From the NCBI RefSeq assembly GCF_009914755.1, contig NC_060932.1: 64,000 nt of DNA. One strand, given 5' to 3'. Origin of the DNA: the human T2T-CHM13v2.0 reference genome, Homo sapiens. The position numbers were made by a program, and so were the translations under genes. Below, piece after piece: positions 41,511-64,000 of this stretch; the first letter of the stretch is position 1; each line of letters starts with the position of its first letter. The notes below the pieces were generated by a model. That model saw only the letters and a program-made list of their open reading frames with translations, searched no databases and was not told where the DNA came from.

Positions 41511-41541
41511 TGCAGTTCCATGTGTGACCACCAGGTGCCGG
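41511..41541 (+). promoter_or_regulatory. Candidate extended CTCF site (upstream motif plus core)
   Basis: TGCAGTTCC-N5-TGACCACCAGGTGCCG: upstream (ZF9-11) motif at canonical spacing from a CCACCAGGTG core; one core mismatch. Confidence 0.55.
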
Positions 41542-41983
41542 AACAAGCTAGGTAGCCACACTAGAAAAACAAACGTCCTCATCTGGGCTGAATTTGCATC
41601 TAATTGCCTCAAATTGCTTCTGAAACCCAGGATTTTTTCTGTCACTTTGTCAGTGGAGCTTAGGTCAGTGAGTTCTGGGCAAATCGAGAGTAGGCTGAAG
41701 CTGGGGGGGAATTCACAAGCGAGATTTAACTAAATTGGCAGTGGCTTATTCTCGAACTGGGTTACTTAAGAATTCAAGTTATTATATATTACATCATATT
41801 GTATTATATATTTTATATGTTACAGACAATATCTAGTAATCCAACTGGAAATATATGTTGTATATTACATATCAAGTTATTGTATTATAATTCAAGTTGC
41901 CTTATTCTTTATACCTTTTGGTTTTGATGCGTGGTTTTATACCTTTTGGTTTTTGTACGATCTCGGCTCACTGCAACCCCTGA

Positions 41984-42223
<240 letters not shown>

Positions 42224-42779
42224 TAAATACAACAGAGTTAAAGCAAAAGTTTTAAAGGAAAGACTGAGGCTACAGGGATTATGCAAATTTTTTCAAAGAA
42301 CACAAATCAAATGGAGGGTTTGGGAGTTTTTAAAATCACAATTACCCATACCTTTGCAATTTCTTCTTCTTCTTCTTTTTTTTTTTTTTTTTTTTTTTAG
42401 ATAGAATCTTGATCTGTCACCCGGAGGGCAGTGGTGCAATCTCAGCTCACTGCAGCCTCAACTCCCAAGTTCAGGCAATCCTCCAACCTCATCACATCAA
42501 GTAGCTGGGACTACAAGCACATGCCATCACGTGGCACGGCTAATTTTTGTTTGGTAGAGACAGGGTTTTGCCATGTTGCCCAGGCTAGTCTCAAACTCCT
42601 GGGCTCAAGCAATCCTCTGGCCTCAGCCTCCCAAAGTACTGGGATCATAGGCAGGAGTCACCATGCCCAGCCCCTTTCCTTCTTTTTCTGAACCAGGTAA
42701 AGAGGATTCAGATCAAACTGAACATCAGTGCGAATAGGACAAATATAAGTGGCTGGAAATATCCTGACAGGATGGAACT

Positions 42780-43710
<931 letters not shown>

Positions 43711-43989
43711 GGATTCCAGAGAAAGTCCAAGCCGTTAAAAATACCCCATGATTTTCCTGGCCTGACTCAGAACTACTGAATGAAAACACTGGGGGCGTGG
43801 CCTTGAGATGTGTGTTTTCCAAAGCACAGCCGGGTCTGGAAAGCAGCTACTCCCCACGGGCTGGGAGAGGGAAGCACAGCCTGTGCACACAGACCGGTTC
43901 CTCTCATCCTCCTTTCATCCACATCACCATCCAGCAGCTACGAGAATTCGTTCCACACAAGTTGCCTGGTTCAATTCTGCCTCCGCTGA

Positions 43990-44466
<477 letters not shown>

Positions 44467-45463
44467 TGAGAGCCTCAGTCGGTCCAGCCCCACATTCCTG
44501 GTGCTTTATGGTCCCCTTTGCTTTGACTATTAAGACACAGTCCTGACCTGGTGCGGTGGCCCATGCCTGTAATCCCAGCTCTTTGGGAGGCCGAGGCGGG
44601 TGGATCACCTTAGGTCAGGAGTTCAAGACCAGCCTAGCCAACATGGTGAAACCCTGTCTCTACTAAACACAAAAATTAGCCAAGCGTGGTGGCGGGCAAC
44701 TGTAACCCCAGCTACTCAGGAGGCTGAGGCAGGGGAATTGCTTGAACTCAGGAGGCAGAGGCTGCAGTGGGTTGAGATCATGCCACTACACTCCAGCCTG
44801 AGCAACAGAGCGAGACTCTGTCTCAAAAAAAAATACATAGGAGTTGTGGCCTGTGGTGGGGAGTGGACTTGAGGGGCCTCCTCCCCATCCCTCACAATCC
44901 ACAGGAAACCTGCTCCAGCTCTGCCTAGCTCGGGACAAAGAGTACTGCCTTTCCTCTTTTCTGCCTGGACCCACCCTGCTCCAGCTTTGCCATCAGTCTT
45001 TATGCACCCACATATCCCCATAAGCCAGTTCAGGGGCCCCAGGAAGGCAAACCTCAATAGGACCTTATAAGGCTTCCTGATGGTGGGATGCAACACTCTG
45101 AACATACTAAAAGCCAATGAATCATACTCTAAATGGGTGAATTTTCTAACAGGTGTCTTCTATCTCAATAAACCTGTTCAAAACAAAGCGCTTCCTGCCT
45201 ACCAGTCCATCCTCACTGGCTGCAGTTCCCAACCTCATACCATGGTTCAGCCTTGCTAAACTACTTGTTTTCTGGATGTCACTCTTCCGTCCCATCCTCA
45301 TTTACTTGCTCTCAAACCTTTTTTTTTCACTTGCTCTCAAACTTTTTTTTTTTTTGAGACAGAATCTTGCGCTGGGTGTGGTGGCTCACGCCTGTATTCC
45401 CAACACTTTGGGAGGCCGAGGCAGGCGAATCACGAGGTCAGGAGATTGAGACCATCCTGGCTA

Positions 45464-46072
<609 letters not shown>

Positions 46073-46654
46073 TCAGACTCGACAACAGGCAGCTCAGGAC
46101 TGTTCCCTGAGAAACAAACAAATGAGAAATAAACAAGTGGAGCTTTGTGCTCACTGGGCTTTCTGCCTGGAGTCTATATCTGATCCATGGTACAGAGGGC
46201 GGGAACTCAAACAAAGGCCACCAGTGTCACCCAGTTGAGGAGACAGAGAATGGACAGAAAGGAGCTAGGGAGAGGTAACCCAAAAAGTTGTGTATGAGCT
46301 ACTGGGCTCACCGCTGAGATGTGCACACATGGATCAGAATGGCTGAAATTAGGCCTGGCAGGGTGGCTTACACCTGTAATCCCAGCACTCTGGGAGGCCA
46401 AGACAGGAGAATCACTTGAGCCCAGGAGTTTCAGACCAGCCTGAGCAGTGTGGTGAGACCCCGTCTCTACAAAAAATCAACAAATTAGCCAGGTGTGATA
46501 AAGCATGCCCATAGTTCCAGCTACTCAGGAGGCTGAGGTAGGAGGCTCTCTGGCTTGGGAGGTCGAGGCTGCAAGTGAGCTATGATTGTGTGACTGTACT
46601 CCTCCAGCCTGGGTAACAGAGTGAGACCCTATCAAAAAAAAAAAAAAAAAAAGC

Positions 46655-47670
<1,016 letters not shown>

Positions 47671-47970
47671 GATACCTGACCCCATAGGTCTCCTTCTTGG
47701 TTCCCCTGGAAATGCATCCGTCTCAGTCAGCTTCCCCAAGAGATCAGCACAGCCAGGGCAGGCCCATTCTGATAAAGAGAGTTCCCATTTCCTAAAAAGG
47801 ATGAGTGCAGGGGTTAGCTTGTCCACTCAGTCCCTGGGAAAGTCGTGTCAGGCCCTGGGTCCCAGCTGGGTACCCAACAGTGAGTCAGGTGGACACAGTC
47901 CCCACTGCGGGGAGCCCTGCAGCCTTTTCAGGGAAACAATAAAACAAAGGGTGTTCACAGGACTCATCCA

Positions 47971-48545
47971 TGTGTTATAAACGGAATTCTGTCCTCTCTA
48001 AATTCATACGCTGAAGCCCTAACCCCCAGTCCCTCTGAATGTTATTGTGTTTGGAGATATGGCCTTTAAAGTGGTGATTAATTAAGATGGGGTTGTTAGG
48101 GTGGGCACTAGGCAAATATGCCTGGTGTCATTAGGAAAGGAGCAGACTAGGGCTCACACCTGTAATCCCAGCCCTTTGGGAGGCTGAGGTGAATGGATTG
48201 CTTGAGATCAGCCTGGGCAACATACAGAGACGCTGTCTCTATAAAAATAAAAATAATTAGCCAAGTGTGGTGGCACATGCCTATAATCCCAGCTATGTGG
48301 GAGATTGAGGTGGGAGGGTCACTTGAGCCTGGAGCTTAGGGCTGCATTGAGCTATGATCATGCCAATGCACTCCAGCCTGGGTGACAGAGCAAGACCCTG
48401 TTTCTGAAAAAGAAAAAAAGATTAGGATACAGGCATACACAGTGGCAAGACCAAAACCATGTGAAGACACAGGAAGAAGGTGACTGTCTACATGCCAAGG
48501 AGTGAGGCCTCAGGAGAAACCAGCCCTGCCGACGCCTTGATCATG
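47971..48545 (+). mobile_element. MaLR MLT1-type LTR with inserted Alu
   Basis: tgtgttataaacggaattctgtcc...aaattcatacgctgaagccctaacccccagt...gaggcctcaggagaaaccagccctgccgacgccttgatc. Confidence 0.7.
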
Positions 48546-48824
48546 GATAAGTACTTTGTCATCCATCCAGATGAGATTCAGTTCGGGATGCTGCAATGAG
48601 AGATGACCCTGGAGGATCCTCATGGGCCCAATGTAATCACAAAGGTCCTTTGAAAATGGAGGCAGGAGAGAAGAGTCAGAGAAGGGGATGAGATGACAGA
48701 AGCCGGGGTCAGAGAAGGAGCTCTGAGGATGCTATGCTGCTGGCTTTAAGATGGAGGAGGCGGTGGCTGACACCTGAAATCCCAGCGCTTTGAGGGGCTG
48801 AGGCGGGTGGATCACTTGAGGTCA

Positions 48825-49052
<228 letters not shown>

Positions 49053-49220
49053 TTAAAATAACATAAGATGGAGGAGGGGGCTGGAGGCAATGAACGCAGG
49101 CCCCTCTGGAAGCTGGAAAGAACAGGAAGCTGGCGTCTCCTCTGCAGCATCCACCAGGAAGGCAGCCCTGGTGACATTCTGATCTCAGGACTTTGACCTC
49201 CAGAAAGTTAAGATAATAAA

Positions 49221-53820
<4,600 letters not shown>

Positions 53821-54319
53821 ATTTGTGTTGTTTTAAGCAACTGAGTTTGCTCAGGCCAAACTCCCAGCCCCTCCAGCGCCAGGCGGATGCAGCCATCAGG
53901 CCCAGCTTTCGGTGGAACATTTGCTCCATTATCAGATACCGGACGCCAGATCTTGCAGTCTCTTGTTAGTGCTTCTGCTTCCAGTGGAGGTGGGGGATGT
54001 CAGCCCTGGGAACAGCGTGTTCTTGAAATAAATGTCCTTTTAGAGGGAAGTGTCTGAGCCAGAGCAGTCAGGAAAAAGTGGGTCAGTGCTTGCCTTTTTT
54101 TTTTTTTTTTTTTTTAAACAAGTGCACTCATATCCAGAGCTTGGTTTGGGCACAAAGCCAAGTAAGCTTGGACTTCCCAAGCTCCCGTCTGCGCCCACGT
54201 TCCAGACAGAGACCACAGAGAAATGGCCTTGCACATCCATTCAGGAGAGCGGGGCCCGGGGCCACCCCAGGACCGGATGAGGACCAGCCCCTCCTCCCCA
54301 GGGAAAGGGAGTTCGCAGA

Positions 54320-54790
54320 GTCCATTTGTTTTCTTTGCTGCCATCACAAACTTCTACAAAGTTAGAGGCTGACAACGGCACAATGTATAACCCTGCAGTT
54401 CCGTAATGGGGGCCAGTGGAGAATCCCTTTTCTGTGCTCATTTGCATTGTCTGCAGAATGCAGATCCTTGCAGTATGGGACTGAGGTGTTGTCACCTTGC
54501 TGGGGTCAGTGGGGACCAGTCTCAGCGTCTACGGGCAGCCCCCTACCAGCTTGCAAAGCCGATGATGGCTGATGAGCACACGGCACCTCCCTGCCTCCTC
54601 CTCTGCCGTCACTTCTCTCAGACGGGCTCTTCTGCCTTTGTCCTCCTCTTCTGGGGTTCATGCCATTCCGCTGGGCCACCTAAGTAACCCAGGATCACCT
54701 CCCCAGTCAAGGTCATGAACTGACTCACACCTCCACAGTCCCTTTTGCCATGGAAGGCAGCAGGTTCACAGCTTAGGGCCGAGGGCACAG
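54320..54790 (-). mobile_element. Diverged MLT1-type LTR
   Basis: ttgctgccatcacaaacttctacaaagttagaggctgacaacggcacaatgtata...gggccacctaagtaacccaggatcacctcccc...tcccttttgccatg. Confidence 0.6.
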
Positions 54791-55359
54791 ACTTCTTCAC
54801 GGGCGGTTATCTGGGAGATCACAGCGAGGAAGCAGAGATGTGTAGACCTTCGCCCAAGTCAGATGGGCTGACCCCAGCCTGGGAGAGGAACAGACTCAGT
54901 GGCCAAGCTGGGGCTATTGTCTAGGGAGCCTGGCCTGGTTTGTACCCAGTTCCTCCGCACCTCCCCGCCTTGCTGTGGGCCCAGAACTCCACTGACACCT
55001 AAGGGGGATTGCGCTCCGAGGTAGCAAGCGACGTGCTCAAGGTGGATTTCAGGCCAGGCAAAGTGGCTCATGCCTGTAATCTCAACACTTTGGGAGGCTG
55101 AGGCAGGTGGATCACCTGAAGTCAGGAGTTTGAGACCAGCCCGGCCAACATGGTGAAACCCTGTCTCTATCAAAAATACAAAAATCAGCCAGGCATGGTG
55201 GCAGGCACCTATAATCCCAGCTACTCAGGAGGCTGAGACAGGAGAATCGCTTGAACCTGGGAGGCTGCAGAGAGCCGAGATTGCACCACTGCACTCTAGC
55301 CTGGGTGACAGAGCGAGACTTCTTCTCAAACAGCAACAACAAAAACAAATACAAGATGC

Positions 55360-55864
<505 letters not shown>

Positions 55865-55884
55865 CAGAGAACACTGAAAAAGTG

Positions 55885-56834
<950 letters not shown>

Positions 56835-56887
56835 TTTCCATGGAAAATTCATAGCTAAGTCAGAGCCCAGTGTTCTTCTGCCTATAA

Positions 56888-57003
56888 GTTGTCTGAAAAA
56901 CACTATCTTTCCTTCATTTATGAAACTTAGTTTTGCTGGATACAAAATTCTTGGCTGATAATTGTTTTGTTTAAGGAGGCTGAAGATAGGGGTCCAATCC
57001 CTT
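56888..57003 (-). mobile_element. L1PB-type ORF1 fragment, inverted relative to 55360-55864
   Basis: Translates to (RIL)YPAKLSFINEGKI, an ORF1p C-terminal motif. Confidence 0.8.
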
Positions 57004-57164
57004 TTTGAGTGTTCTCTCCTGAATTTATATTGAAGCTATTGACTAAAGCAGATTTATTTCAGGAGTGAAAAAAGAAGAGTGTAAATTCACCTGGACCCAA
57101 ACTCATGGAGGCTGCAGCCCCTGCTGCTTCAGGAGTGCATGTGGTTGCCGAGATACCTGTGGGG

Positions 57165-57665
57165 TTCCTCCCCATGCCCTAACCTCAGGAACCTGTGAAC
57201 ATATTAGGTTATGTGGTAAACAGAATTAAGGCTGCAGATTAAATTAGGGTTGCTACTAAACTGAAGTTCAAATAGGAGATTGCTCATTTGTTCTAGATTA
57301 TTTGGGTGAAGCCAATGTAATCACAAAGATCCTTAAAGATGGAAGAGAGGCTGGATGCAGCGGTTGACACTTATAATCCCAACACTTTGGGAGGCCAAGG
57401 CAGGCAGATCACTTGAGGTCAGGAGTTCAAGACCAGCCTGGCCAACATGGTGAAATCCTGTCTTTACTAAAAAAAAAAAAAAAATCGCTATAAGCAGTAG
57501 GCTGGACTGTTCTGACTGGTCAGCTACTGGTGTTGGAGGGGTCACCCCCACCTGAAACATATGGTGGTAAGTTTCCTGAGGCCTCCCCAGCCATGCTTCC
57601 TATACAGCCTGTGAAACTGTGAGTCAATTAAACCTCCTTTCTTTATAAATTACCCAGTCTCAGGT

Positions 57666-57705
<40 letters not shown>

Positions 57706-58027
57706 AGCCAGAGTTTCACTCTGTCACCCAGGCTGGAGTGCAGTGGCGCAATCTCAGCTCACTGCAACCTCCGCCTCCCAGGTTCAAGCAATTCTCTGCC
57801 TCAGCCTCCCTAGTAGCTGGGATTACAGGCATCCGAAACCACGCCCAGCTAATTTTTTTGTATTTTTAGTAGAGATGGAGTTTCACCATCTTGGACAGGC
57901 TGATCTTGAACTCCTGACCTCATGATCCACCCACCTTGGCCTCCCAAAGTGCTGGGATTACAGGTATGAGCCACCGTGCCCAGCCTCAGGTAGTTCTTTA
58001 TAGCAATGTGTGAAACGGACTCACACA
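57165..58027 (+). mobile_element. MaLR LTR fragments (MLT1-type then MST-type) with Alus
   Basis: aacctgtgaacatatt...ccaatgtaatcacaaagatcctt; tttcctgaggcctccccagccatgcttcc...aattacccagtctcaggtagttcttt [Alu] atagcaatgtgtgaaacggactcaca. Confidence 0.7.
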
Positions 58028-58151
58028 GCAGGTTTGCTTGCAGCCCATTATAAAAGTTTAGGGCTTCCTTAGCTCGGGATTCCTCAGCTATGATGCAAAC
58101 CTACTGAGTGTGTGGCATGCTCCTGGATCACTTCCACATCATCCCCATGGG

Positions 58152-59515
<1,364 letters not shown>

Positions 59516-59784
59516 AAGAACCTTGAGACCCACACAGAATTGTCCCAAAAATCTTTTCAGACATTTTCTAGCCCACATTTCCAGTTAAAATGGTTATAAT
59601 CATGGTATGTATATAACTTCATCCCATAAGATGGGTTGCCAGGCTCCTAGCTTCTCCATCTCTCCAGCTTGCAGATCCTTATCGTGGGACTTCGCCTCTG
59701 TCATGCTAAGAACCAAGAAGGTTCTTTTACATTTAATTAAAGTGTTTTTCATGCTGTTCAAAGTTATCTACAAACATCATTTTA

Positions 59785-61943
<2,159 letters not shown>

Positions 61944-62054
61944 CTTCTCTTTTGACTAGCTTTTCCTGAATGTGCTCACTTTGTTAGTTGTAGTTATTTG
62001 AACTGTTGCTTGTTGCTTGAAATCAAGGCAAAGAAGAAGTCCCAAGAGACTTGG

Positions 62055-64000
<1,946 letters not shown>

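Overview
Human (primate) genomic DNA: the 5' end of TRAPPC9 (NIBP, a TRAPPII subunit; 8q24.3 from memory) on the minus strand, plus about 31 kb of repeat-rich upstream sequence. I traced the exon chain by hand, and every junction is GT-AG and stays in frame. There are two alternative first exons: a coding one at 32444-32727 that adds 98 aa, and a non-coding one ending at 31802. These are followed by exon 24952-25545 (ATG at 25535) and exons 13224-13369, 9305-9433 and a 27-nt microexon at 811-837; the gene continues off the left edge. A second CpG-rich, promoter-like element with no ORF lies at about 38.3-39.2 kb. The rest is mostly Alus (several dozen), L1 fragments, MaLR/ERV LTRs (a complete THE1 element with target-site duplication (TSD), a MER51-like LTR, and an LTR12 at the right edge) and DNA-transposon fossils. 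Almost all ORFs in the supplied track are Alu/L1/LTR or low-complexity artefacts. I see no evidence for a wholly new gene system. The best leads are regulatory or structural: the orphan promoter, a CAGGTG E-box array, a palindromic 5' splice site, the microexon with a nearby hairpin, an extended CTCF motif, and several rearrangement scars. Repeat subfamily names are from recollection of consensus sequences and boundaries are approximate unless a TSD is quoted.
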